Notes under the pieces: generated by a model
Seen by the model: only the letters and a program-made list of their open reading frames with translations
What the model was told of the DNA's origin: nothing
Database searches by the model: none
Source: an uncultured Nitrososphaerota archaeon
GTDB lineage: Archaea; Thermoproteota; EX4484-205; JAAOZP01
DNA length: 64,000 bases
Direction of reading: 5' to 3'
Assembly: GCA_964635675.1 (NCBI GenBank)
Contig: CAZWPT010000016.1
Coordinates: forward strand, 18,522 to 82,521
Position numbers and translations under genes: made by a program
Part shown: positions 20,384 through 29,524 of the stretch, piece by piece
How positions within the stretch are numbered: the stretch's first letter is position 1
Layout: each line of letters begins with the position of its first letter

Positions 20384-21259
20384 ATGTATAGCTGGAGCCA
20401 GCAAATCATGGTGAAGCTTATGCGCATGGAGAAGCCGTCACCCTTCCCCTGCCCCGAGGAGAAAATACCTAGCTATATAGCCTACCGCGTCAACGAGCCG
20501 ATCCGGATTGACGGACTTTTAGACGAGGCTTGCTGGCGAATAGCACCCCGCTCACCGCGCTTCGTAGATCTTGTTAGCGGCCGGCCGGCCCTCTACGACA
20601 CGTATGTAGCAGTACTATGGGACGATGATAACCTGTACGTAGGCTTCTGGGTGGAGGAGCCCCTTGTAGTCGCCACCCTGACCGAGCGCGACTCCCCGAT
20701 TTACGAGGATAATGACGTGGAGCTCTTCATCGCTGGTAGAGACGCCTACTACGAGTTTGAGATAAACGCGCTTGGAACTGTCTACGAGGTTCTCTTCATA
20801 TGGGAGGATGCTTACGAGAAGGCTGGTTACAGCAGGCTCTCCGAGTTTCGAAGAGAACTCCCCGGAGTAAGGCTTTTCCCCGGAGTCGGTTTAAAAAACC
20901 ATCCCCGGGGACTTAGGATAGGCTTCTGGAACTGGGATTTCCCCGGCCTTAAAAGCGCTGTTCACGTCGACGGTACTCTTAATAATAATCATGACCGGGA
21001 CCGGGGGTGGACGGTTGAGATAGCCCTCCCCTGGGAGGGGATGAGGGTGCTAGCCATGCCTGACAACCGGCCGCTGCCCCCTAGGGATGGAGACACTTGG
21101 CGTATGAACTTCTTCCGCTTCAACCAGTATAAGGAAGCGCCTCCGGCGCAGGACTCTGGGGGCTGGGCCTGGGCCCCACACTACGTTTGGGACTCGCATG
21201 TACCCGAATGCTATCCTTTCATATATTTCTCGGAGAAACCCGTTACTGGAGCAGAGTGA
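20384..21259 (+). CDS. carbohydrate-binding family 9 (CBM9)-like domain protein
   Basis: 291 aa. The pattern IRIDGLLDEACWRIAPRSPRFVDL...VAVLWDDDNLYVGFWVEEP...EDNDVELFI...YYEFEINALGTVYEV resembles the CBM9-like family. This is unverified. Confidence 0.4.
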   Translation: MYSWSQQIMVKLMRMEKPSPFPCPEEKIPSYIAYRVNEPIRIDGLLDEACWRIAPRSPRFVDLVSGRPALYDTYVAVLWDDDNLYVGFWVEEPLVVATLTERDSPIYEDNDVELFIAGRDAYYEFEINALGTVYEVLFIWEDAYEKAGYSRLSEFRRELPGVRLFPGVGLKNHPRGLRIGFWNWDFPGLKSAVHVDGTLNNNHDRDRGWTVEIALPWEGMRVLAMPDNRPLPPRDGDTWRMNFFRFNQYKEAPPAQDSGGWAWAPHYVWDSHVPECYPFIYFSEKPVTGAE

Positions 21260-21316
21260 AGGCGCTGGCTTTCAGGCGTTTAAAGGAGGCCAGGTTTAAA
21301 CACGATAAACTTTTAA

Positions 21317-22825
21317 ATGAGCGGCTGCAGTGGTTGTAAGAAGGGGTATTATATGCTTGACGAACCCTTTTCCACGCGACTTCTACTGTCGTTTCTAGTC
21401 CTGATTGTTTTTTCAGCCGCGACTGTTTTCATTCTTAAAACAGTCTTCGAGACACCTGGGCCCCATCGACTAGAACTTACTTCGCAAATCCCTTTGACGA
21501 GCAGGTTATTCTGCCCTAAATGCCTCAGTTCAAGTGGTTTAGAGCTCACGGGCCATAATGCCGTGAGATGTAAAAACTGCGGTTTTATTTTCAGCCTTGG
21601 GGCTTCACGCTGGGAAGTAGTGTTGATGAAAAACTTAAACCATACTCCTAATTTGAAAACAGCCAGGTGCGAAGCGACGGCAAACCAGGCTGGAAGACGA
21701 GGAAAAGACTATTCATCAGCTAAGACGAATGGAACGAATCAGGCCTCATCTTATTTTCTGTTGCTAATACTCCTTGCCTCATTAGGAATTAGTACACCAT
21801 GCGTCCCCAGTGAATCAGGCTTTTACGCTAAGGAAGACTTCTCGGGATTCTACGACTACGACAAGTCTATTCCTCTAAACGCTACGGAGGAATTAATCAG
21901 GGACGAGGGCGTTTGCAAAATATACAGGGTCTACTTCAACTCTGTGAACGGTGAAAGGGTTCCGAGCCTGATTTCAACACCTTCCGGCTCGGGCAGATTC
22001 CCATGCATCGTTTTCCTCCACGGCTACGGCGGTTCAAAAGAGGACATACTATCGTTTGCCGGGCTGATCGCAGCCGAGGGCTATGCCATCATCGCGATAG
22101 ACGCAGAGTTCCATGGTGAAAGGAGGGAGGAGGGGAAAGCATTGTACTCCCCGAATCTTGAGGAGTCTAGGAACGGCATAATCCAGACCATCATCGACCT
22201 TAGGAGGGCGGTAGACTATATTGAAACCAGGGAAGAGATTGACGGGGAGAGGATTGGATACGTGGGTGGCAGCATGGGGGGAATCCTGGGAGCCATATTC
22301 ATAGGCGTCGAGCCTAGGATTAAGGCGGCTGCACTCCTAGTCGCAGGGGGAAACATGAGCCTGATGATAATGAAGAGCCAGCACTCAGCAATACCAGCGA
22401 TCAGGAAATACTTGGAGGAGCAAGGCATGACGTACGAGGAGCTTCAGGAAGCCTTAAACCCTGTCGACCCTCTTAACTTCATAGGGAATTTCTCGCCGAG
22501 GCCCGTGGTCTTCCATCTCGGTAAATACGACCAGATCGTTCCAGCTGAAGCAGGCGAACAGCTCTACAAGGCGGCTGGAGAACCCAAGCAAGTATACTGG
22601 TATGATTCTGGGCACGACCTCCCTTTAGAGCTCGTTGCGTCAAGGATCCTAGACTTCATGGATCGAGAGTTGAAAGGAAGGGTTTTCACATCTCATGAAG
22701 CAAGATTCTGGATGACCAGGTATGGCGTGCCGATAATGGCAGCCGGGCTTGCCGCCACAGTTCTAGCCTACTTCATAATTAGCTCAAAACGCTCCAAGCA
22801 GTCCAAAATTGCATCCGCATCTTAG
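21317..22825 (+). CDS. membrane-anchored alpha/beta hydrolase (S9/dienelactone hydrolase-like) with an N-terminal TM and zinc ribbon
   Basis: 502 aa. It has an N-terminal TM, a CPKC...CKNCG zinc ribbon and an S/T-rich linker. The hydrolase domain carries GGSMGG (GxSxG) and a His region. There is a C-terminal TM anchor. Confidence 0.55.
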   Translation: MSGCSGCKKGYYMLDEPFSTRLLLSFLVLIVFSAATVFILKTVFETPGPHRLELTSQIPLTSRLFCPKCLSSSGLELTGHNAVRCKNCGFIFSLGASRWEVVLMKNLNHTPNLKTARCEATANQAGRRGKDYSSAKTNGTNQASSYFLLLILLASLGISTPCVPSESGFYAKEDFSGFYDYDKSIPLNATEELIRDEGVCKIYRVYFNSVNGERVPSLISTPSGSGRFPCIVFLHGYGGSKEDILSFAGLIAAEGYAIIAIDAEFHGERREEGKALYSPNLEESRNGIIQTIIDLRRAVDYIETREEIDGERIGYVGGSMGGILGAIFIGVEPRIKAAALLVAGGNMSLMIMKSQHSAIPAIRKYLEEQGMTYEELQEALNPVDPLNFIGNFSPRPVVFHLGKYDQIVPAEAGEQLYKAAGEPKQVYWYDSGHDLPLELVASRILDFMDRELKGRVFTSHEARFWMTRYGVPIMAAGLAATVLAYFIISSKRSKQSKIASAS

Positions 22826-22827
22826 TC

Positions 22828-23640
22828 TTGCTGCAGATTTTAAAAATGGTTATAAGTGGTTTAAACCATTTTCTTCACATGGAGGAGCAGGAGAATTTAA
22901 GGGATAGGGCTGTTGAAGAAGGAGGTTTTTCAGAGGATTTTGAAACTAGATCATCATACTGGAATTGGAGGATAGACAACCATGCCGGCTTCGAGGTTGA
23001 GAGAAGCGTTTTAAGAATGTGGATGGGGCCGACGGAGGCCCTGTACTATTCGAACGCTGAGATAGCTGACGGCCTTTTCGACGACCTTCCATGGATTTTC
23101 AAGACTTTCGAGACTAAAGCTAGACTCGTAGGGAAACACTACGGTAGCGCTGGCTGGGGCTTCTGGAACCACACCATGGTTATAGACAGCTCCCTACCCA
23201 TCTGGTTTATATATCTGAGGACTAGGCGCCCCTATCCCTTTTCAGGTTTCTTCGCGCAAGTCGGGAACCGTTTCCAGCCAGTGATGCTTCTCGAGAAAAA
23301 CAGCAGGTTTCTTTTAGCCTCAATACTTTCTAAGGTTTCAAGCAGCATAATCGGGGTGGAAATAATTTCCCCTAAGCCCAGTATGCAGGAGCTTAAGCTT
23401 GACGAGTGGCACGAGTATAGAGTCGAGTGGGTTAAACAGGGGGTAAACTTTTACGTGGACAACAGGGAGGTGGCGAAAATCCCGTTTCCATTTAAGGAGG
23501 AAAGGGCTCGTGCAGACGTCTGGATTGACAATGCTGTCTACGAGATTAGGAAAGGCGACCCAGCAGGGGTCTACAGGCATGCGACGCAGGAGAATAGGAA
23601 GAAAGCCTTCTTAGAGTTAGACTATATCAAAGTCCATTGA
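22828..23640 (+). CDS. concanavalin A-like lectin/glucanase superfamily protein (GH16-like?)
   Basis: 270 aa. The C-terminal WHEYRVEWVKQGVNFYVDNREV resembles the GH16/ConA-like beta-sandwich motif. It is 3 nt downstream of the preceding gene. Confidence 0.35.
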   Translation: MLQILKMVISGLNHFLHMEEQENLRDRAVEEGGFSEDFETRSSYWNWRIDNHAGFEVERSVLRMWMGPTEALYYSNAEIADGLFDDLPWIFKTFETKARLVGKHYGSAGWGFWNHTMVIDSSLPIWFIYLRTRRPYPFSGFFAQVGNRFQPVMLLEKNSRFLLASILSKVSSSIIGVEIISPKPSMQELKLDEWHEYRVEWVKQGVNFYVDNREVAKIPFPFKEERARADVWIDNAVYEIRKGDPAGVYRHATQENRKKAFLELDYIKVH

Positions 23641-23674
23641 GACGATTATTCGTAAAGCCGCTGTTCCTGAGAAG

Positions 23675-24640
23675 TTAAACAATGAGCTCCCCCCTCTCCA
23701 AGAGGTGTTCTATGCACTCCCGGTAAATATCTTCCGTAGTGTAGCGCGGCCAGTAGCCGAGTAGCTGTTGGGCCTTCTCTATGCTGACGCAGGGAGAATG
23801 AACAACGTGATCCCTAGTAATGGCAAACGCCTCCTCACCAAGGACATCCAGCATTTTCTGCAGCGGGACAAATCTGAGGTTCGGCTTCCTCCCGAAAAGA
23901 GAGGCTACAAACTCGCAGCAGTACGAGAGAGTTACAGCGTAAGGCGCCGCAACGCTGAAAGATTCCCCCAAGGCTGCTTTACGGTTTAGGATCGCCAGTT
24001 CAAAAATCTGTGCCACATCCTCGGCATGAACATGATGAAGAGTTGCCAGTCCATCATCAGGCAGGTATACAACGTCTCCGCGAGCCAGGCTTCTGTACAC
24101 ACCAACACCGTTTCTAGTTCCCTGAGGATCTATGGGAAGCCATTTCTTCCCGCAAATGTGGCCCGGATGAATCACTGTTGCTGGAAAACCCTCCCTATCG
24201 TATTTCTTAAGGAGGTCGGCTTCAATCCCTGCCTTATTTATACCGTACTCTGTGATAGGCCTTCTGGGATAGTTCTCCCTGTAGGGTACTCGAGTGCTAG
24301 GCCCATATGCCCATATGGTACCACAATGGATAAAATGGCTTACACGACCCTCAAGGTTCTCAACCATAATCCTGTTCTGCTCAGGAGTAAAACAAATAAG
24401 GTCTATCACGACATCAGCCTCAACCTCAGCCATACGCTTCCCCCAGGAGCCGTTCTCCTCCTCCCTAATCCTGTCGGCAAGTATCCATTCAACCCGACTC
24501 CACAAGGCTTCGGTGCCGGCAGAACTATAATATGGCCTGGGGTTTCGCGCTAGAACCTGCACCTCATATCCACGCAACACTAAGCGTGGCACCAGGTAGC
24601 TTCCGATATGCCCGGTTCCACCGATTATAAGGACCTTCAT
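23675..24640 (-). CDS. NAD-dependent epimerase/dehydratase (SDR family)
   Basis: 321 aa with the N-terminal Rossmann motif MKVLIIGGTGHIGSYLV. Confidence 0.8.
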   Translation of the reverse strand: MKVLIIGGTGHIGSYLVPRLVLRGYEVQVLARNPRPYYSSAGTEALWSRVEWILADRIREEENGSWGKRMAEVEADVVIDLICFTPEQNRIMVENLEGRVSHFIHCGTIWAYGPSTRVPYRENYPRRPITEYGINKAGIEADLLKKYDREGFPATVIHPGHICGKKWLPIDPQGTRNGVGVYRSLARGDVVYLPDDGLATLHHVHAEDVAQIFELAILNRKAALGESFSVAAPYAVTLSYCCEFVASLFGRKPNLRFVPLQKMLDVLGEEAFAITRDHVVHSPCVSIEKAQQLLGYWPRYTTEDIYRECIEHLLERGELIV

Positions 24641-24669
24641 CCTTCAACTTGGTTTGGAAATATTTCCCA

Positions 24670-24688
24670 CATATAAAGATTTATATTT
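24670..24688 (+). promoter_or_regulatory. tandem TATA-like boxes (CATATAAAG / TTTATATTT) upstream of glpK
   Basis: They lie 28-45 nt upstream of ATG 24716. Confidence 0.4.
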
Positions 24689-24715
24689 CCTTACTTGGTT
24701 CCGCAACAGTGTTTA

Positions 24716-26293
24716 ATGAGCGAAAAGGTCGTGATGAGCATCGATCAAGGCACCACGGGTTCACGAGTCTCACTGTACAAGCATGATGGAACACCTTATC
24801 CTAACGGCTGGTGTTACGTTGAGCATTCGCAAGCCTATCCTAAACCCGGCTGGGTTGAACACGACCCTGTTGAAATATGGCTGAACATTAAGCACTGCAT
24901 AAGGAACGTTCTTGATAAGACCCGTGTTAAACCAGGAGAAATTGTTGCGATAGGCGTTACCAATCAGCGTGAAACAGTTGTAGCGTGGAACCCTAAAACA
25001 GGTAGGCCCGTTTCAAACGCAATCGTCTGGCAGGATCGCCGGACAGCTAAGCTGGTTGACCACCTCCGGGAAAACTTTTTAAAAGACATTGTCGAGAAAA
25101 CCGGTTTGATTCCAGATAGCTATTTCTCAAGCACAAAGATATGGTGGATGCTTGAAAACATTCAGGGTCTGCGCGAAAAGGCTTTGAAAGGAGAAGTCGT
25201 TTTCGGAACTATAGACACATGGATCATATGGAACCTGACTAGCGGCTCTAGAGATGTTCAGACCCCGGAGTACAACGGTGCCTTCGTAACCGATTACAGT
25301 AACGCGTCTAGAACAATGCTCTTCAATATTCACAGGCTTGCGTGGGACGAGGACCTTGCAGAAATACAGGGTAAAATACCTGTTGAGGCGCTTGCACTAC
25401 CGAGGCCTAGCAGCGATAAAGACGTTTACGGATGGACTGGCCCAGAGGTCTCAAGCCTTTTCGAAGGCTTAAGCAAGCCGGTGACCGGTGACGCTGGAGA
25501 CCAGCAGGCCGCTTTACTTGGCCAAGCGGGGTTTGAAGCCTATGATGTGAAATGTACCTATGGCACAGGTAACTTCATACTGATGAACACTGGAGAGAAC
25601 AAGGTGCGCTCCAAGTCCGGGCTGCTGGCCACAATACTCTACAGTGTTGAACCGGGTAAAGCAGTCTATGCTCTCGAGGGAAGCGTTTTCATCACCGGTG
25701 CAGCAATCCAATGGCTTCGCGACGGCTTGAAGATAATCGAGGTCTCGGGGGAAGTGAATCCCCTTGCCGAAGCTGCTGAAGACACAGGCGGCACTTATTT
25801 TATACCGGCCTTCACAGGGCTTGGAGCACCCTACTGGGACCCGTATGCGAGGGGCATGATAATAGGTTTAACCAGGGGGACGGGTAGGAGGCATATTGCT
25901 AGGGCAGTTTTAGAATCCATCGCATACTTGACTCGCGACGTGGTTGAAGCAATGAGCAACGATACTGGCAGAAGGGTGGAAAAGCTTAAAGCAGACGGCG
26001 GCGCATCCCGGAGTGACTTCCTGCTTCAATTCCAGTCTGACATACTCAATGCGATTGTCATCAGGCCTTTTGTGCAGGAGACAACCAGTCTGGGAGCAGC
26101 CTACCTTGCTGGCCTCGCCGTGGGTTTCTGGAGAAGCATAAGTGAGGTTGAGAAAAACTGGAGGATGGAGAAGGAGTTTTCCCCTAGGATGAGTCGGGAA
26201 GTTGGAGAGAGGCTGTATAGTGGTTGGAAGGCGGCTGTTAAAAGATCTTTAGGATGGGCTAGGGAAGTGCCTTGGGCCTACGGCTACGAGTAG
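24716..26293 (+). CDS. glpK: glycerol kinase
   Basis: FGGY family with glycerol-kinase-specific motifs (MSIDQGTTGSR, AIVWQDRRTA). The ORF track starts at TTG 24695, but ATG 24716 lies 28-35 nt downstream of TATA-like boxes at 24670-24688. Confidence 0.9.
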   Translation: MSEKVVMSIDQGTTGSRVSLYKHDGTPYPNGWCYVEHSQAYPKPGWVEHDPVEIWLNIKHCIRNVLDKTRVKPGEIVAIGVTNQRETVVAWNPKTGRPVSNAIVWQDRRTAKLVDHLRENFLKDIVEKTGLIPDSYFSSTKIWWMLENIQGLREKALKGEVVFGTIDTWIIWNLTSGSRDVQTPEYNGAFVTDYSNASRTMLFNIHRLAWDEDLAEIQGKIPVEALALPRPSSDKDVYGWTGPEVSSLFEGLSKPVTGDAGDQQAALLGQAGFEAYDVKCTYGTGNFILMNTGENKVRSKSGLLATILYSVEPGKAVYALEGSVFITGAAIQWLRDGLKIIEVSGEVNPLAEAAEDTGGTYFIPAFTGLGAPYWDPYARGMIIGLTRGTGRRHIARAVLESIAYLTRDVVEAMSNDTGRRVEKLKADGGASRSDFLLQFQSDILNAIVIRPFVQETTSLGAAYLAGLAVGFWRSISEVEKNWRMEKEFSPRMSREVGERLYSGWKAAVKRSLGWAREVPWAYGYE

Positions 26294-26321
26294 ACAGGGA
26301 TAAGTTGGCAGGTGGCTCACC

Positions 26322-27833
26322 ATGGCCGGCGAGACCCGTGTCGCGATAATAGGCGCCGGAGTCATAGGGGCCTCTATAGCCAGGGTTTTAAGCAGGTTTG
26401 AAAACCTGCAAGTGTATGTTTTAGAGAAAAACTATGATGTTGGAGGAAGCGCCAGCAGGGCTAACACTTCAGTAATACATCCGGGTCACGAAGAGGATCC
26501 TGATACTCATCCTTTGCGCGCGAGACTCTGCGTCGAGGGCAATGCCTTGTGGCGGAGATGGTGCAGTGAGCTAGAGGTCACGGCTAAATGGGTCGGCGAG
26601 CTCATGCTGTTCGAGAGGGGTGAGGAGGAGAAGGAGGCTGAGAAGTATGTTGAACTTGCCCGTAGGAACAAAGTCGGCGGCGTAAGGATTGTTCAAGGGA
26701 GGGAGTTGCTTGCGATGGATGAATCCGTCAACAGGAATGTTGAGGGAGGCGTTTACGCGCCTACGGCGGGCCTAATCTCCCCTTTTGAAGCAGTAGTGGC
26801 TTTGATCGAGAACGCTGTTGACAATGGTGTTAAGCTTTTCACCGAGACGCATGTAAAGAGCATCGTCGTCAGAAACAGTACTGTCGTAGGTGTTGATACG
26901 AATAGTGGGTTTATTGAGGCGGACATCGTCATCAATGCGGCTGGACTGAATGCTGACGAAGTGTCGCGTGCCGCAGGGGTTGAACCCTGGTTCAAAATAA
27001 AGCCCAGGAAGGGCGAATACATAATTTTCGACAAAGACGCCGAGCCTAGGCCTAGGCTCGTGCTGCACACAATGCCCTCAACCATTACGAAAGGGGTTTA
27101 CGCCTTAACAACGGTCCACGGCAACCTGATGATAGGCCCGACTGCTAAGGACCTGGACTATGATTCTAAGGAAGACACGTCCACGAGCTCGGAAGGCTTA
27201 GATTACCTGATGAAGGAGGCTGGGAGAATTTTTGCGAAAACCCCCTCACGTTCCCAAATAATCAAGTTTTTCGCTGGATTAAGGCCTGAACCCTCTGACG
27301 GAGAATGGCTTATAAAAGCATACTTTGAACCATACGGCTTCATAAACGTGGCAGGCATAAGGTCGCCGGGGTTAACAGCTGCACCCGCAATAGCCTATTA
27401 TGTCTCAAGCCTCCTCTCTGAGACATACGGTTTTAAACTTGTTGAGAAACCGGGTTGGAAACCTCTAAGGAGAAGAATTACTCCAGTCAGCGAAATGGAT
27501 TACGCTAACCTCGACAAACACATAGGGGAAAATCCAAATTATGGTGAGATCGTATGTTTCTGCAACAATGTTTCAAGAGCTGAGATCTCAGAAGCCATTG
27601 AGAGAATGCGGACAATCGGCGTCAAGACAGTGACCTTCGATGGCGTAAAGCTTAGGACGACAGCCGGCTTCGGCAAGTGCCAAGCTTCAAGATGCAGGAT
27701 ACGGGTTGCCCTCCTGATATCTGAAGCAACCGGGATCCCCCTGTGTCGCGTCGCTTTGAAAAGGTCTAGCATTGGTATTGGAGGGGTTAAGACGCTTTGG
27801 ATGGAGAGGGAGGGGAATGCGCAGGATGCTTGA
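26322..27833 (+). CDS. glpA: anaerobic glycerol-3-phosphate dehydrogenase subunit A-like FAD oxidoreductase with a C-terminal BFD-like [2Fe-2S] domain
   Basis: 503 aa with the N-terminal FAD motif VAIIGAGVIGASIA and a C-terminal BFD-like Cys pattern (CFCNNVSRAEISEAI...GKCQASRC). It is 28 nt downstream of glpK. Confidence 0.8.
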   Translation: MAGETRVAIIGAGVIGASIARVLSRFENLQVYVLEKNYDVGGSASRANTSVIHPGHEEDPDTHPLRARLCVEGNALWRRWCSELEVTAKWVGELMLFERGEEEKEAEKYVELARRNKVGGVRIVQGRELLAMDESVNRNVEGGVYAPTAGLISPFEAVVALIENAVDNGVKLFTETHVKSIVVRNSTVVGVDTNSGFIEADIVINAAGLNADEVSRAAGVEPWFKIKPRKGEYIIFDKDAEPRPRLVLHTMPSTITKGVYALTTVHGNLMIGPTAKDLDYDSKEDTSTSSEGLDYLMKEAGRIFAKTPSRSQIIKFFAGLRPEPSDGEWLIKAYFEPYGFINVAGIRSPGLTAAPAIAYYVSSLLSETYGFKLVEKPGWKPLRRRITPVSEMDYANLDKHIGENPNYGEIVCFCNNVSRAEISEAIERMRTIGVKTVTFDGVKLRTTAGFGKCQASRCRIRVALLISEATGIPLCRVALKRSSIGIGGVKTLWMEREGNAQDA

Positions 27834-29076
27834 GCAGGAGTATGATGTCATCGTCATAGGCGGTGGGCCAGCCGGATTGTCTGCAGCAACCAAGGCTGTT
27901 GAAAAAGGTTTGAAAACAATGCTTCTTGAAAACAGGGAGATGCTTGGCGGTATTCCTCTTCAATGCATCCACACGGGTTTCGGAGTGCATTGTTTGAAGG
28001 AGGATTTGACTGGAACCGAGTTTATAGCCAGGCTTATAGATAGGGCGGAGAGGCTAGGCGTGGAAAGCCTGGTGAGGACCCATGTCCTATCGATTAACAT
28101 CGAATCCCTCCGGGAGAAGACTGTTTACGCTGTCAGTCCTAAAGGCCTTTTAAAAATACGTGTTAAAGCAATAATATACGCTGCCGGCGCTAGGGAAAGA
28201 CACCAGTTTGAGGTTGGGCTGACCGGTGATAGGCCTGACGGTGTTTACACGGCGGGTGAGGCTCAGGCGCTCATGGATGTTTATGGCGTCCTACCCGGTA
28301 GGAGAATAGTAATCCTAGGCTCCGGGGACGTTGGGCTGATAATGGCTAGGAGGTTTGCCATGGAGAAGGCGGAGGTAAAGGCTGTGATAGAGGCCCTGCC
28401 CTACCCGGGTGGCTTGACTAGAAACGTCGTTCAATGTCTCCAAGACTTCGACATACCTCTCTACCTGAGTCACATGGTTCGAGAAGTCAGGGGACATGAC
28501 AGGGTTGAGAAAGTCGTCGTCACGAGGGTTAACGGAGAAATGAAGCCTGTGGAGGGGTCTGAATTCGAAGTAGAGTGCGACACTCTAATTGTTTCCGCAG
28601 GGTTAAGGCCGGATATAGACCTTCTGGAGAAAATGGGTGTTAAAACAGACCCGGCTACCGGAGGGCCTGTAGTGAACGAGTTCTACGAGACCAGCTTACC
28701 GCTGGTTTTCACCGCAGGCAATGCTCTCGTCATAAATGATCTCGTGGATTACGATGTGGAGCAGGGCGAGGCTGCGGCAACATTTGCCTCAAAGCTTTTA
28801 GATAACTACGAGACCCCGACCATAAATTGGAGACAAGTATACAGGGGGAGGAACATTAGGCTGGTTGTGCCCCAGCTCGTCAGCGGAACAATGGATGTTT
28901 TGTTCTACGCTAGGGTTCAACATCCAGAAAATAACGTGAACATTACTATTCGGGAAACAGGTTTTAAAAGAAGGCTTCTCAGGGTTAAGCCGGGAGAGAT
29001 GATTAGGATAAGGGTTCCAGTTGAAGAACTGGCAGGATTGAATGGAGAGAAGCTTATTTTCGAGGTGGTTGAATGA
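27817..29076 (+). CDS. FAD/NAD(P)-binding pyridine nucleotide-disulfide oxidoreductase (GlpB-like partner of GlpA)
   Basis: Carries DVIVIGGGPAGLSAA and a second dinucleotide motif RIVILGSGDVG. The start is probably Met16 of the track ORF (27817). It overlaps the glpA 3' end. Confidence 0.6.
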   Translation: MRRMLEQEYDVIVIGGGPAGLSAATKAVEKGLKTMLLENREMLGGIPLQCIHTGFGVHCLKEDLTGTEFIARLIDRAERLGVESLVRTHVLSINIESLREKTVYAVSPKGLLKIRVKAIIYAAGARERHQFEVGLTGDRPDGVYTAGEAQALMDVYGVLPGRRIVILGSGDVGLIMARRFAMEKAEVKAVIEALPYPGGLTRNVVQCLQDFDIPLYLSHMVREVRGHDRVEKVVVTRVNGEMKPVEGSEFEVECDTLIVSAGLRPDIDLLEKMGVKTDPATGGPVVNEFYETSLPLVFTAGNALVINDLVDYDVEQGEAAATFASKLLDNYETPTINWRQVYRGRNIRLVVPQLVSGTMDVLFYARVQHPENNVNITIRETGFKRRLLRVKPGEMIRIRVPVEELAGLNGEKLIFEVVE

Positions 29077-29459
29077 CCAGGATTGAGGAGTATACCTGTA
29101 TAGTCTGCCCAGCAGGATGCTTGTTGAAAGTCTTGACCGACCAGAATCATATTGTAAAGGTGGACGGTGCAGGATGCCAAAGGGGGGTTGAGTATGCCAG
29201 CCAGGAGTTTTCCGATCCTAGGAGAATGGTTTTCACCGTTATCAAAGTTAGAAACGGGGAGCTGCCAACGGTCTCTGTAAAGACGAGCAGGCCAATACCC
29301 AAGAAGCATGTTTTCACCCTGATGAGAATGCTGGCGTCGATAGAGTTGGAGGCTCCTGTCGAGATAGGGGATGTTGTTTTAAAAGACGCGTATGGCGCCG
29401 ACGTGATTGCTACAAGAAGGGTTGGCAGGCTGAAGAAACCGGTTTGCTGCTCCGATTGA
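29073..29459 (+). CDS. DUF1667-domain small Cys protein (third subunit of archaeal GlpA-type complexes)
   Basis: 128 aa with the N-terminal CIVCPAGC...GAGCQRG. It overlaps the preceding gene by 4 nt (ATGA). The arrangement of glpA, a NAD(P)-disulfide oxidoreductase and DUF1667 is known from Thermococcales glycerol operons. Confidence 0.6.
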   Translation: MTRIEEYTCIVCPAGCLLKVLTDQNHIVKVDGAGCQRGVEYASQEFSDPRRMVFTVIKVRNGELPTVSVKTSRPIPKKHVFTLMRMLASIELEAPVEIGDVVLKDAYGADVIATRRVGRLKKPVCCSD

Positions 29460-29524
29460 AACTTTTCAAGTTTTTACTTGCAGGCTAATAAAAATTAATA
29501 TAAGGATGATGGTGCAAGCAACAC

